DNA from: an uncultured Alphaproteobacteria bacterium
GTDB taxonomy: Bacteria > Pseudomonadota > Alphaproteobacteria > Acetobacterales > Acetobacteraceae
Direction of reading: 5' to 3'
NCBI GenBank assembly: GCA_963808965.1
Contig: CAWEHU010000013.1
Span: forward strand, 30,672 to 62,671
Length of the DNA: 32,000 nucleotides
Each line of letters begins with the position of its first letter. The stretch's first letter is position 1. This document shows, piece by piece, positions 1 to 8,519 of this stretch. The notes below the pieces were generated by a model. That model was not told the origin of the DNA. It was given only the letters and a program-made list of their open reading frames with translations, and did not search any database. A program made the translations under genes and the position numbers.

Positions 1-430
1 AGGCGATCGCTTCCAGTAGGCTCCGTTCGCGGACGAAGTGCACATAGGCTTGCACGGCGAAGCGGGTCGCCGGAAGGATCAGTCGCGCGGACTTCACCAT
101 CGTCCGGTCCAGTCCCAGCCCATCCGTGAGCTTGAGCCAGCGTTCGACGCCGCCGCCGCCCTCCTCGTCGCCATCCTGGTCCTCGAGCCGCCGCCGCCAA
201 ACGCGGCGAACCTCCTGGTCTTCGCACCGGCCGATGAGCGCCGCGTCCTTCTGCGGGATCATCGCCTGATAGTAGTAACGATTCAGCGCCCAGGCCTGCA
301 CCTGGCCCTTGCTGCATTGTCCGCTGTGCAGCAGGCGATGGAACGGATGCAGGTTGTGATAGCGCTCGGCTCCCATCGCCCGCAGCCGCGCCTCGAGTTC
401 CGCCGGGCTGATCGGTTGACTCAGAGACAC
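1..430 (-). CDS. pqqC: PqqC, pyrroloquinoline-quinone synthase (5' part only; gene runs off the left edge)
   Basis: Missing from the ORF track because it is truncated. My translation of the minus strand from GTG 430-428 reads VSLSQPISPAELEARLRAMGAERYHNLHPFHRLLHSGQCSKGQVQAWALNRYYYQAMIPQKDAALIGRCEDQEVRRVWRRRLEDQDGDEEGGGGVERWLKLTDGLGLDR... This matches the conserved PqqC N-terminal region (NRYYYQ, IPxKDAA, RRxWxxRxxDxDG). The start overlaps the pqqB stop (GTGTCTCTGA), and the gene order is pqqA-B-C. Confidence 0.9.
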   Translation of the reverse strand, partial: MSLSQPISPAELEARLRAMGAERYHNLHPFHRLLHSGQCSKGQVQAWALNRYYYQAMIPQKDAALIGRCEDQEVRRVWRRRLEDQDGDEEGGGGVERWLKLTDGLGLDRTMVKSARLILPATRFAVQAYVHFVRERSLLEAIA

Positions 431-1305
431 AGCTCCATCCCGTCATAGGCGATCTCGAACCCGGCCGCCTCGGCTTGGCGCCGTTCGGGAGAGCCTTCGA
501 GCAGCACCGGATTCGTGTTGTTGATGTGCAGAAAGATGCGTCGGGCCGGCAGGTCCGCAAGGCGCGCGAGCGAGCCCTCGGGACCGGACATCGGCACGTG
601 GCCCATGCGCCGCCCGGTTTTGCGGCCAACCCCGGCCTCGATCATCTCCTCATTCGTGAAAACCGTCCCGTCGAACAGTATCGCGTCGGCTTGCCGTAAC
701 ACGGCGAGTACCTCCGCCGTAATCACGGCGCAGGCAGGCGCGACGACGATGCTGCGGTCGTCCGCCGCGAGCTTGGCCGCGAAAGTCGGCCCCGACGCCG
801 CCTCGGCTGCCGACCGGTCTTCGAGATAAAGGGGAATCTTTCCGGGCATCGGGAGCAAGGTCAGGCGCAGGCCGAAGCCGCAATCGACCGGCTCGGCGGA
901 AGCGACCGGGACTCGCTCGACGACCGCAGGATCGAGCACACCGAACAAGGTGTTGGAGGCGAGCGTGTCCAGAAAGGGTCGGGGTGCGAAGATCCGGAAC
1001 GGGTGATTTTCGCGAAGCACAAGGAGCCCCGCCATTCCGTCCACGTCGGCGTTCACCAGCACGACCCCGAAGATAGGCGAGTCGCGGCCGGCTTGCCGCG
1101 GGTGCAACGCCGGATTGTCGAGCAACTGCTGACGCAAATCGGGCGAGGCGCCCACGAGCAGAAAGTTGGATCCGTCCGCCGTGACGGCGACGCTTGCCTG
1201 CGTACGGGGAAGCAGGCGCGGATCGCCGGCGCGCACCAAAGAACAAAGCCGGCAAGCGCAGTTCCACTGAGGGAACCCGCCGCCGGCCGCCGAACCTAAA
1301 ACCAA
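421..1305 (-). CDS. pqqB: PqqB, PQQ biosynthesis protein B (metallo-beta-lactamase fold)
   Basis: Track ORF 421..1305, 294 aa, with the N-terminus VLGSAAGGGFPQWNCACRLC typical of PqqB. It sits between pqqA and pqqC. The track start is TTG, so the exact start codon is uncertain by a few codons. Confidence 0.93.
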   Translation of the reverse strand: MVLGSAAGGGFPQWNCACRLCSLVRAGDPRLLPRTQASVAVTADGSNFLLVGASPDLRQQLLDNPALHPRQAGRDSPIFGVVLVNADVDGMAGLLVLRENHPFRIFAPRPFLDTLASNTLFGVLDPAVVERVPVASAEPVDCGFGLRLTLLPMPGKIPLYLEDRSAAEAASGPTFAAKLAADDRSIVVAPACAVITAEVLAVLRQADAILFDGTVFTNEEMIEAGVGRKTGRRMGHVPMSGPEGSLARLADLPARRIFLHINNTNPVLLEGSPERRQAEAAGFEIAYDGMELCL

Positions 1306-1320
1306 AGCCTTCAGCAGACT

Positions 1321-1348
1321 GCCGCCCTCATGCAGACAGAAGGGCGGC
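1321..1348 (-). terminator. Intercistronic stem-loop between pqqA and pqqB (possible partial terminator or transcript-stabilising hairpin)
   Basis: Perfect 8-bp GC-rich stem GCCGCCCT (1321-1328) / AGGGCGGC (1341-1348) with a 12-nt loop. It begins 7 nt after the pqqA stop on the coding strand. There is no clear U-tract. Confidence 0.5.
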
Positions 1349-1354
1349 GAAGAG

Positions 1355-1432
1355 TCAGAGCTCGCTCGGAAGGTAGCCGTTGATTTCCATGCCGATGCAG
1401 ATTTCGCGGATCTTCGGACGTGTCCAGGCCAT
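1355..1432 (-). CDS. pqqA: PqqA, PQQ precursor peptide (25 aa)
   Basis: Too short for the ORF track. My translation of 1432->1355 gives MAWTRPKIREICIGMEINGYLPSEL*. It carries the hallmark Glu-x3-Tyr (E16..Y20) from which PQQ is made. A GGAGGAG Shine-Dalgarno lies about 7 nt upstream, and the gene sits immediately upstream of pqqB. Confidence 0.92.
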   Translation of the reverse strand: MAWTRPKIREICIGMEINGYLPSEL

Positions 1433-1641
1433 GATCGTGCTCCTCCGTGTTAGGTGGCGGCGTTTCCCTACCCTGCGGTATCGGACGCTCGCCCGACAGT
1501 AACAGAGTGCCGCTAGAAGCGTCCAGTCGCGACCGCCAGGCAGTTTTCCCCAGCCTCGGCCCTCCTATATGGAGAGGCGCCGGCGGAAATCGAGGGCATT
1601 AGCCAAAGCGCGGCATCGGGGCGAGGGGAGGCGACGCAGAC

Positions 1642-2466
1642 ATGCGGGTTGAAGTTGACCGGCAACTCGGCCTCGCCCTGGCGATGGCGGCCGCGCTCTG
1701 GTGCGGTGCCGCAAACGCGCAGGCACCCGAACCAACGGACCCCTGGCCTGCGCTCGCCTCGCAAATCTTTGAGGACCGCCCCATAGAGGACGGGGCCGTG
1801 GTACTTGCGATCGATGCGCCGTACCGGGCCGAAGACGCGGCGATCGTCCCGATCACTATTCGCACGTTGCTGCCCGCGGGTGACGGGCGGCAGGTGCGCC
1901 GGATCACTCTCGTCATTGACGAGAATCCCTCGCCGGTGGCCGCGACCTTCGCACTAGGGCCGGATAGTGGCGTGGACCGCATCTCAACGCGCGTGCGCGT
2001 CGATTCGTACACGAATATCCATGCCGTCGCCGAGCTGAGCGACGGCAAGTTGTACGCGACTCAGCGGTTCGTGAAGGCGGCGGGCGGCTGCTCCGCGCCG
2101 GCGCTGAAGCAGACGGCGGACGCAATTCCGCTGGGTACCATGCGGCTTCGGGAATTCCCCCATCCCGATGACTCTCCCTCCGGGGAGCCCGAAGCCGAGC
2201 TGATGATCCGGCATCCCAATAACTCCGGGATGCAGATGGACCAGCTCACACGCCTTTACGTGCCCGCTCATTTCGTGAAATCGGTGCGGATCTCGCAGGA
2301 TGACAAGCCGCTGTTGTCGATCGAGAGCGGCATCTCGATCTCGGAGAATCCCGATTTTCGCTTCGACTATCGGCCGCGCGGCGCGAAGGTGATTCGGGTG
2401 GAGGCGGTGGATAGCAACGACCAGAGTTTCACCGGACACTGGCCGGCGCAAGCGGCGGGAAGCTAA
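1642..2466 (+). CDS. Quinoprotein-dehydrogenase-associated SoxYZ-like carrier protein (SoxY-like plus SoxZ-like halves)
   Basis: Track ORF, 274 aa. Signal peptide MRVEVDRQLGLALAMAAALWCGAANAQA. A mid-protein KAAGGCSAP resembles the SoxY GGC carrier-Cys motif and is followed by a SoxZ-like half. GGGAGG RBS. It neighbours pqq and ped-type ABC genes. Confidence 0.75.
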   Translation: MRVEVDRQLGLALAMAAALWCGAANAQAPEPTDPWPALASQIFEDRPIEDGAVVLAIDAPYRAEDAAIVPITIRTLLPAGDGRQVRRITLVIDENPSPVAATFALGPDSGVDRISTRVRVDSYTNIHAVAELSDGKLYATQRFVKAAGGCSAPALKQTADAIPLGTMRLREFPHPDDSPSGEPEAELMIRHPNNSGMQMDQLTRLYVPAHFVKSVRISQDDKPLLSIESGISISENPDFRFDYRPRGAKVIRVEAVDSNDQSFTGHWPAQAAGS

Positions 2467-3071
2467 GGCAGACCCGCCTGGATCGCCTGTGCCAGCGCGA
2501 ACAGGCGCTGCTCGACGAGCGTGGGTGCATTGCAGGCAAAGCCGAGCGACTCGCGCCGGTCCTGAAAGACCGTCAGGTCCCAGGTGAGCCGCTGAGTTAG
2601 ATCGTCGAGCTGCTTCGGGTCGGGCTGAGCCGCGGCCCGCAGTGCCTGTAGTTGTTCGTTCTCGCCCCGGATGCTGGCCGCGAGCTGCTTCTGACGCGCG
2701 CCAAACCGGTCGAGACCCGCGAGGATGCTCGTCCGCTCGCGGTTCAAGCTGTCGAAAACCCCGGCGAAGAGGGCGAGCAGCTTCGGTAGCTTGTCCTGAC
2801 CCTGTTGCTGGGCGAATGCGGCGACCTCCGCCTTCGCCTGTTCGATCGGGAGCCGCCTCTGCGTGACGCGACGGACCAGATCCGCGACGGATGGGTCCTC
2901 TGCCCAGGTCGCGAAATAGGGATCGATGGGCGGCCCCGTCCACATGGCAGCCACCGACAGTTCAGGCACCTTGATCTGTTGACACGGCCAGTTCTGATCG
3001 GCGTTGGGCGGTGCGGCTCGCGTCGGGATTGCGAGCAACAGCGGAACGCAGGCGAGCAGGACCCGCCTCAT
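2463..3071 (-). CDS. Secreted hypothetical protein (predicted helical, Gln/Leu-rich)
   Basis: The 3' part of track ORF 2463..3914. An internal ATG at 3071-3069 overlaps the repaired permease stop (GCATGAGG). Signal peptide MRRVLLACVPLLLAIPTRAAP. About 202 aa with two Cys and no recognisable catalytic motif. Confidence 0.7.
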   Translation of the reverse strand: MRRVLLACVPLLLAIPTRAAPPNADQNWPCQQIKVPELSVAAMWTGPPIDPYFATWAEDPSVADLVRRVTQRRLPIEQAKAEVAAFAQQQGQDKLPKLLALFAGVFDSLNRERTSILAGLDRFGARQKQLAASIRGENEQLQALRAAAQPDPKQLDDLTQRLTWDLTVFQDRRESLGFACNAPTLVEQRLFALAQAIQAGLP

Positions 3072-3914
3072 GCACCGCCTCCGCCGCGGCGGACGATCAA
3101 TCCGCGCGCCGGATCGTACGCGACTACGGCGGCCGCCACGAACACGAGCATGGCACCGGTCACAACCGCGAAGGCCAGCCAGTCCATCTTCGCGTACAGC
3201 ATGAAGCGGACGAGCTCTACCCCGTAGGTGAACGGGTTGAGGTCGGCAAATCACGTACAGCGCCGGGCTCGACTGCTGGACGAGCCAAAGCGGATAAAGT
3301 GCCGAGGAGGCGAAGAACATCGGGAAGATCACGAAATTCATCACTCCGGCGAAGTTTTCGAGCTGCTTGATCGCCGATGAGAGCAGCATTCCGAGCCCGC
3401 CAAGCATGAGTCCGTTCAGCACGAGTGCGGGCAGGATCGTGAGCCAGCCCCAGCGCGGTATCTCGACACCGAACAGCCATGCCACAAGCAGGAACGCATA
3501 GACCTGCAAAAGAGAAACGGCGGTGCTGGCCAGCAGCTTGGACACGAGCAGGAACCAGCGCGGGAAGGGGCTCACGAGCAGCATCCGCATGTTGCCCATC
3601 TCCCGGTCGTAAACCATCGACAGCGAGGACTGCATTCCGTTGAATAGCTGAATCATCGCGACCAGGCCCGGGGTGACGTACACCTCGTAGAGGACGTAGG
3701 TTTCGTACGGCGGGATGATCGAGACCCCGAGAATCTGCCGGAAGCCGGCGGCGAAGATCAAGAGCCAGACCAGCGGGCGAACGAGGGCGGAGACGAACCG
3801 CTCGCGTTGATGCACGAAGCGCAATGCTTCCCGCCAGGTGATGCCGCGCAGGCACGTCAGGTACTGAACCAGCGTGAAGCCGCGCCCTGATCGCGGCAGC
3901 ACAGCCGCGCTCAC
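3068..3914 (-). pseudogene. ABC-2 type transporter permease (PQQ-dehydrogenase-system type), interrupted by one apparent +1 frameshift near 3241-3242
   Basis: The N-terminal 223 codons of track ORF 2463..3914 are a typical six-helix ABC-2 permease (..FVIFPMFFASSALYPLWLVQQSSPALYVIC). Skipping one C of the CC at 3241-3242 gives ..VICR|LNPFTYGVELVRFMLYAKMDWLAFAVVTGAMLVFVAAAVVAYDPARGLIVRRGGGGA*, ending at TGA 3070-3068. The span is 847 nt, which is 3n+1. A GTGA overlap joins it to the upstream ATPase stop. Confidence 0.8.
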
Positions 3915-4714
3915 ACTTCCCCTCCGACGCCGGTCAGCTTTGTGAAGGCGCTACGGATGTTTCTCGCACCCGCGGCGGCCGCGACTCCCCCGCTCTCTCC
4001 GGCTGCCAGCACTCGTCCCTTGTGCAGCACTACCACCAAATCGTTCGGCTCGACCTCGTCCAGGAGATGGGTCGCCCATAGCACCGCGACACCGCGCTCG
4101 CGGACCAGCCGGCGGACGTGGGTGACGATCGCGGATTTTGAGGCGACATCGAGCCCGACGGTCGGTTCATCCAGCACCAGCAAGCGCGGGTGGTGCATCA
4201 GCGCGCGCGCGATCTCGACCCGCCGCATTTGCCCGCCGGACAGCTTGCGCGCCGCTTCCTTCCCGCGTTCGAGCAGTTCCACCTCGGCCAACCCCGTTCG
4301 CGCCCGCTCGCGCGCGAGCTTGCCGCTCATCCCGTGCAGAGCGGCATGGTAGAGCAGATTATCCATGACCGAGAGGTCGAGGTCCAAGGTGCGCGCCTGG
4401 AACACCACGCCGAGCAGCCGGAGCGCCTCGCCCGGCTCGCGGTCCACCGCGTGACCGAGCACGCGGATCGTGCCGCTCCTCGTATGAAACAGGCGCGTGA
4501 TCAGCGAGAACAGCGTCGTCTTTCCCGCCCCGTTCAGGCCCAGGAGCGCGGTAAAACGGGCCTGCGGCACCGTCAACGTCACGTTCTCCAACGCACGACG
4601 CTGGCCGTAGGAATGGCTGACGCCCCGGACGTCGAGGGCCGGCGCCGTAGTGGTTTCGTGGGCGGGTCGCGCTTGCACCGTTGGTGGTTCAAGCGTGCCG
4701 GCCGCCTCGCTCAT
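3911..4714 (-). CDS. ABC transporter ATP-binding protein (PQQ-dehydrogenase-system type)
   Basis: Track ORF 3911..5104 trimmed to ATG 4714-4712, which forms an ATGA overlap with the beta-propeller stop. Walker A GLNGAGKTT, signature LSGGQMRR, Walker B LLVLDEPT. 267 aa. Confidence 0.9.
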   Translation of the reverse strand: MSEAAGTLEPPTVQARPAHETTTAPALDVRGVSHSYGQRRALENVTLTVPQARFTALLGLNGAGKTTLFSLITRLFHTRSGTIRVLGHAVDREPGEALRLLGVVFQARTLDLDLSVMDNLLYHAALHGMSGKLARERARTGLAEVELLERGKEAARKLSGGQMRRVEIARALMHHPRLLVLDEPTVGLDVASKSAIVTHVRRLVRERGVAVLWATHLLDEVEPNDLVVVLHKGRVLAAGESGGVAAAAGARNIRSAFTKLTGVGGEV

Positions 4715-5703
4715 TGCGGCGCGACCACCACGCCCCACGGCAGGCGTCCGACCGGAATCGACTTGATCACCTCCAGCGCGGCGACATCGATCACCGAAAT
4801 GTCGTTGGAGAGTCCATTCGTGGTGAGCAGATACTTGCCATCCGGCGTGAAGCTCATCTGCCAGACACGTTGCCCGACCAGCAGATACTTCTTCACCTTG
4901 TAGGTTTTCGCGTCCACGACCGCGACCCGGTTCGCCGGTCCGAGCGCCACGAAGGCGATCGCATCGTCCGCGGTGAAGCGGATGCCGACTGGCTGGATCG
5001 CCTCCGCGCGCAACCCTTGCACATCGAAGCCGATCTTGTGCGTGACCACGTGCTTCACCGGGTCGATCACGCTGACCGTGCCGCCCAGCTCGGACGAAAC
5101 CCACACTTCGGACCCGTCGTGCTTAAAAAGGGCGACGCGCGGGCGCGGATCGACGAGCACGTTGGCGACGACCTTGCGTGTATCGTAATCGATGAAGTGC
5201 GCCATGTTCGTCGTCTCGGACGTGTTCACGATCGTCTTGCCATCCGGGCTGACCGCCATTCCCTCGGGCTCGACTCCCGTCGGGATCTGCGCCAGCACCT
5301 TGCGGGTGGGCACGTCGATCACCGTCACCATGTTGTCGTTCTCGTTCGAGACATAGAGCGGATTGCCCGACTCATGCAGGGCGAACGTCTCCGGATCGGG
5401 GCCGGAAGGCAGGTCGCCAACGATCCGGAGCGTCTTCGTGTCGATCATCTGGATGGTGTCGTCGTCGCTGGCGCAGACCAGAATGTATTTCCCATCCTTG
5501 GTCAGGGTGATCCCGCGCGGCCGTTGGCCGACCGGGACCGTTTTCACGGTCTTCATCGCGTTCAGATCGACGACGCTGATCGTGTTGTCGCGCTCATTTG
5601 TGACGAATGCCGTGTCCGCGAGGGCTGGAAGAGAGAGCAGGAGGGCTAACGTCGTTAAGGTGAGCCCGAGCGGTTGGGGGAGACAGGTCATTTGAATCTG
5701 CAT
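4711..5703 (-). CDS. YVTN-family beta-propeller repeat protein (PQQ-dependent catabolism-associated)
   Basis: Track ORF 4711..5829 trimmed to MQIQMTCLPQPLGLTLTTLALLLSLPALA (ATG 5703, or alternatively ATG 5691 in an ATGA overlap with the binding-protein stop). Repeated motifs V..D......V..I.VG..P.G.a.spDG occur throughout. Confidence 0.85.
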   Translation of the reverse strand: MQIQMTCLPQPLGLTLTTLALLLSLPALADTAFVTNERDNTISVVDLNAMKTVKTVPVGQRPRGITLTKDGKYILVCASDDDTIQMIDTKTLRIVGDLPSGPDPETFALHESGNPLYVSNENDNMVTVIDVPTRKVLAQIPTGVEPEGMAVSPDGKTIVNTSETTNMAHFIDYDTRKVVANVLVDPRPRVALFKHDGSEVWVSSELGGTVSVIDPVKHVVTHKIGFDVQGLRAEAIQPVGIRFTADDAIAFVALGPANRVAVVDAKTYKVKKYLLVGQRVWQMSFTPDGKYLLTTNGLSNDISVIDVAALEVIKSIPVGRLPWGVVVAPQ

Positions 5704-6923
5704 TGGGTTTCCGGTCTGTCCACGCCGAGCGTGTCCAGCTCCGTCACTTGATGCAGAAATCCGGGCTGCGGCGAGATCGAGACGGTGTTGCGGCCGTCCG
5801 ACAGCAGGATGGGCTGACGCAACTGCCAATCCCAGTTGCGCAACGTAAGCTTCTGCCCCTTATAAGCAGCAACCCCGAACTCCGGTCCCTTCATGTACGC
5901 GATGATCGCCTGCGGATCGGCCGAGCCCGCCCGGCTTGCCGCCTCGCCGATCATCCGTCCCGCCGTCCATGCCTGCATGTCGCGGGCGGTCATGCGGCGA
6001 TGGAACAGGCGTATGAACCGGTTTTGCAATTGCGCGCCACCCCAGGATTCACTGCTCGGGTCCCAGGAGACCGGAACGAGGCCGGCCGAGCCGGCGACAG
6101 GGCGTGCATCCCAGGTGCGATATGGAAGATACCCGGCGAACACCTCGTTTTCGTCGGCTGCGACGAGCACGTCGTATTCGGGCGCACCCTGGGTAAACAG
6201 CGGCATCTGCTGTTGTGTCTGAACCAAGCCGGAATCGGTCTGACGCGCGCCGCCGGTGTCCTTGTACTCGCGCTCTTGCACAATGCGGGCGCCGTAGCGT
6301 TTGGCGCTACGCCGATAGGCGTCGGCCAGCTTTGTGTCCTCCGGGTGCGAGCCGTAGGCCAGCAGCCAGCGGGTCCATTTCTTCCAGACAAGATATTGCG
6401 CGAGCGCGTCGGCCAGCATCGCCCGGCTCGGCGCGACATGAATCAAGTTCGGGCGGCAATCCGCTTCGCGCAGCGAGTCATCCGGTGCGGCGATGTTGAA
6501 TACGGTGATCGCTTTTGAACCAGCAGCATCCGCGAGCTTCAGCACGCGATCAGCAGGAATATCCGTCAGCACGAGGGCGATGTCTCGATCGCCGAGAGTG
6601 CCCAAGGCGGCTGCTGGGTCGTCGTCCTCTCGCATCGGGAAATCGGTCAAATCGTATTGCTGCCCGATGAACCGCCCTGTTGTGTTGTTGTCGTCCATAG
6701 CCAGTTTCGCACCGGCAAGGCCGTCGTCGGGCGCTTGCAGATCAAGAAACGAGATGGTCGGCCGCCGCTCCATCCAGCGGATATAGCCAACTCGGATCGC
6801 GGCTGCATCCGCCCGAGCCTCGCCGATGGTCGCAACGACAGCCATCGCGGCCAGCATCGTGCGCCGGCCTAAGCCGTCGTATGCCGTCGCCAGCGCGCTC
6901 TCCAGTGCAAGCTTACGGCTCAT
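5688..6923 (-). CDS. Periplasmic substrate-binding protein of the ABC system (LivK/amide-binding-like, PQQ-dehydrogenase-system type)
   Basis: Track ORF 5688..6980, about 411 aa from M20 (MSRKLALESALATAYDGLGRRTMLAAMAVVATIGEARA signal-like N-terminus). An alternative start is ATG 6857. It lies in an operon with the propeller, ATPase and permease. Confidence 0.8.
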   Translation of the reverse strand: MSRKLALESALATAYDGLGRRTMLAAMAVVATIGEARADAAAIRVGYIRWMERRPTISFLDLQAPDDGLAGAKLAMDDNNTTGRFIGQQYDLTDFPMREDDDPAAALGTLGDRDIALVLTDIPADRVLKLADAAGSKAITVFNIAAPDDSLREADCRPNLIHVAPSRAMLADALAQYLVWKKWTRWLLAYGSHPEDTKLADAYRRSAKRYGARIVQEREYKDTGGARQTDSGLVQTQQQMPLFTQGAPEYDVLVAADENEVFAGYLPYRTWDARPVAGSAGLVPVSWDPSSESWGGAQLQNRFIRLFHRRMTARDMQAWTAGRMIGEAASRAGSADPQAIIAYMKGPEFGVAAYKGQKLTLRNWDWQLRQPILLSDGRNTVSISPQPGFLHQVTELDTLGVDRPETQCRFK

Positions 6924-8358
6924 CCGCTGTCGGATTATCGGGTGCGCCGGTCGCTTTTTGCAGCCCGAGATGGTCCGCAAGCTGGGCCCCGGTGTACGTT
7001 TCCGTGAAGCTCTCCGCGATTTCCGGCAGCATGGAGGCGTTCCAGTCCAACCACTCCGCGACGATGCGGTCGTACAAATCCTTCCGGCGCTCTTTCAGGT
7101 TTGCCCGTTCCAGCGGGTCATCAACGACGTTGAACAGGAACGTGTTGTCGAGGATCTTGAGGAACTTGAAGTCTCCGTCACGTGCGGCTCGTTGCGCGTT
7201 GCCCTTATAGCGCCAGAACAGCTTGCGTGGGACCGGTGCCGCATTCTGTGTCAACGCCGGAAGCAGGTTCATGCCATCGGACGGATAGGCCGGGTCCGGT
7301 GCGGTGCCCGCAGCCGCGAGCAGGGTGGGCACCCAGTCCATGCTGATCGAGACCTGGTCCGTCGTCAGGCCCGGCGGAATATGGCCGGGCCAGGATATCA
7401 CCGCCGGGATGCGCAACCCGCCCTCGAGCAGTTCCGTCTTTATGCCGGTGAAGGGCCAAGTGTCCGCGAAGCGTTCGCCGCCGTTGTCACTCGTGAAGAT
7501 AACAATCGTGTTCTCGGTCAACCCATTGGCGTCGAGCGCCTCCCGGACACGGCCGATCTGCAGATCCATCTCCCGGATCATGCGTCGATACGTTTCCTGG
7601 GTTCCCCCATCGAAGTGTCGCAGATTGGTTCCCTGGATCCGCTTCGCCTCGGCTTCATCGCCCGGCGCTTCCCAGGGCCAGTGCGGCGCATTGAAATGGA
7701 GACTGATCAGGAATGGCTGCGAAGCTTTGGCATAACCGTTGATCATGTCGACCGCGCGGCTGCCAAGCAGATCCGTCAGATAACCCATCTGATGGACCTG
7801 AACGTCCTCGTCCCACAGATCTTCTTTCCAGTTGGTCCCAACGTGGGTGTAGTAGTCGAGAGCGCCGCCCCGGAACCCGTAGAAGTGATCGTAACCGCTC
7901 TTCAGCGGGCCGAAATTCGGCAGGGCACCGAGATGCCATTTGCCGATCAGTGCTGTTCCGTAGCCGATCTTTTTCAGGAGAGACGGCAGGGTCGGATGTT
8001 CCGGCGGCAAGCCCGCATTCCGGCCGCCCGCGATTGGCTCCTCGAGGCCGACCGGCAGCCGATACTGGTAACGGCCAGTGATCAAGGCGGTGCGCGTGGC
8101 GGAGCACACCGCGGAATTGGCGTAGGCTTGCAGGAAACGGATCCCGTTCGCTGCCATGCTATCGATATTGGGCGTGGTCAGATCGGGTCGCCCGTAACAG
8201 GCAACATCGGCGTAACCGAGATCGTCGGCGAGGAAGAACACGATGTTCGGCGGCTTGGGCTGTGCGTGCCCACGTTCCGCGCCGGCGGCGACCGCGAGGG
8301 TCCCGGCGGCCGCGCCGCTCAGCAGGGTGCGACGCGTGAGATCGACCTGCCGTGCCAT
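6913..8358 (-). CDS. Tat-exported type I sulfatase (arylsulfatase family)
   Basis: Track ORF, 481 aa. Twin-arginine signal LTRRTLLSGAAAGTLAVAAGA. Motifs NIVFFLADDLGYADV and the sulfatase signature region SAVCSATRTALITGR (Cys-x-Ala-x-Arg variant), plus GKWHLG. Confidence 0.9.
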   Translation of the reverse strand: MARQVDLTRRTLLSGAAAGTLAVAAGAERGHAQPKPPNIVFFLADDLGYADVACYGRPDLTTPNIDSMAANGIRFLQAYANSAVCSATRTALITGRYQYRLPVGLEEPIAGGRNAGLPPEHPTLPSLLKKIGYGTALIGKWHLGALPNFGPLKSGYDHFYGFRGGALDYYTHVGTNWKEDLWDEDVQVHQMGYLTDLLGSRAVDMINGYAKASQPFLISLHFNAPHWPWEAPGDEAEAKRIQGTNLRHFDGGTQETYRRMIREMDLQIGRVREALDANGLTENTIVIFTSDNGGERFADTWPFTGIKTELLEGGLRIPAVISWPGHIPPGLTTDQVSISMDWVPTLLAAAGTAPDPAYPSDGMNLLPALTQNAAPVPRKLFWRYKGNAQRAARDGDFKFLKILDNTFLFNVVDDPLERANLKERRKDLYDRIVAEWLDWNASMLPEIAESFTETYTGAQLADHLGLQKATGAPDNPTADEP

Positions 8359-8519
8359 TCATTGGGCTCCCTGGCTACCGCCCGTGACCGAGCGTAGCCC
8401 GTTGCGCATCCCCGACTTTGGACGTTTCATGCCGGGAGCATGGACAATCGCTCCTGGCCGATCAAGCCGCACCGCCCCGGCGAAAGCGCCCTCCGAGCGC
8501 GTCGCGTGCCCCGGGCGCC

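Noticed and set aside
38-448. Plus-strand 136-aa track ORF at the left edge
   Set aside because: It lies antisense to a clearly recognisable PqqC N-terminus (1-430, minus strand). Its own product is Arg/Pro/Ala-rich with no motif. It is a typical GC-rich shadow ORF.
2463-3914. Single 483-aa ORF read as one protein
   Set aside because: It is a chimera. The ABC-2 permease sequence degenerates into Arg/Gly/Pro nonsense after ~3245 and then runs into a separate signal-peptide protein. One skipped base restores a normal permease C-terminus and a coupled stop/start.
4715-5104. N-terminal 130-codon extension of the ABC ATPase (track ORF 3911..5104)
   Set aside because: The extension overlaps the beta-propeller gene in another frame and is low-complexity. 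ATG 4714 sits in a classic ATGA overlap and yields a normal-length (267-aa) ATPase.
6826-8397. 523-aa plus-strand ORF
   Set aside because: It is fully antisense to the sulfatase gene, which has unmistakable family motifs. Its product has no motifs and a shadow-ORF composition.
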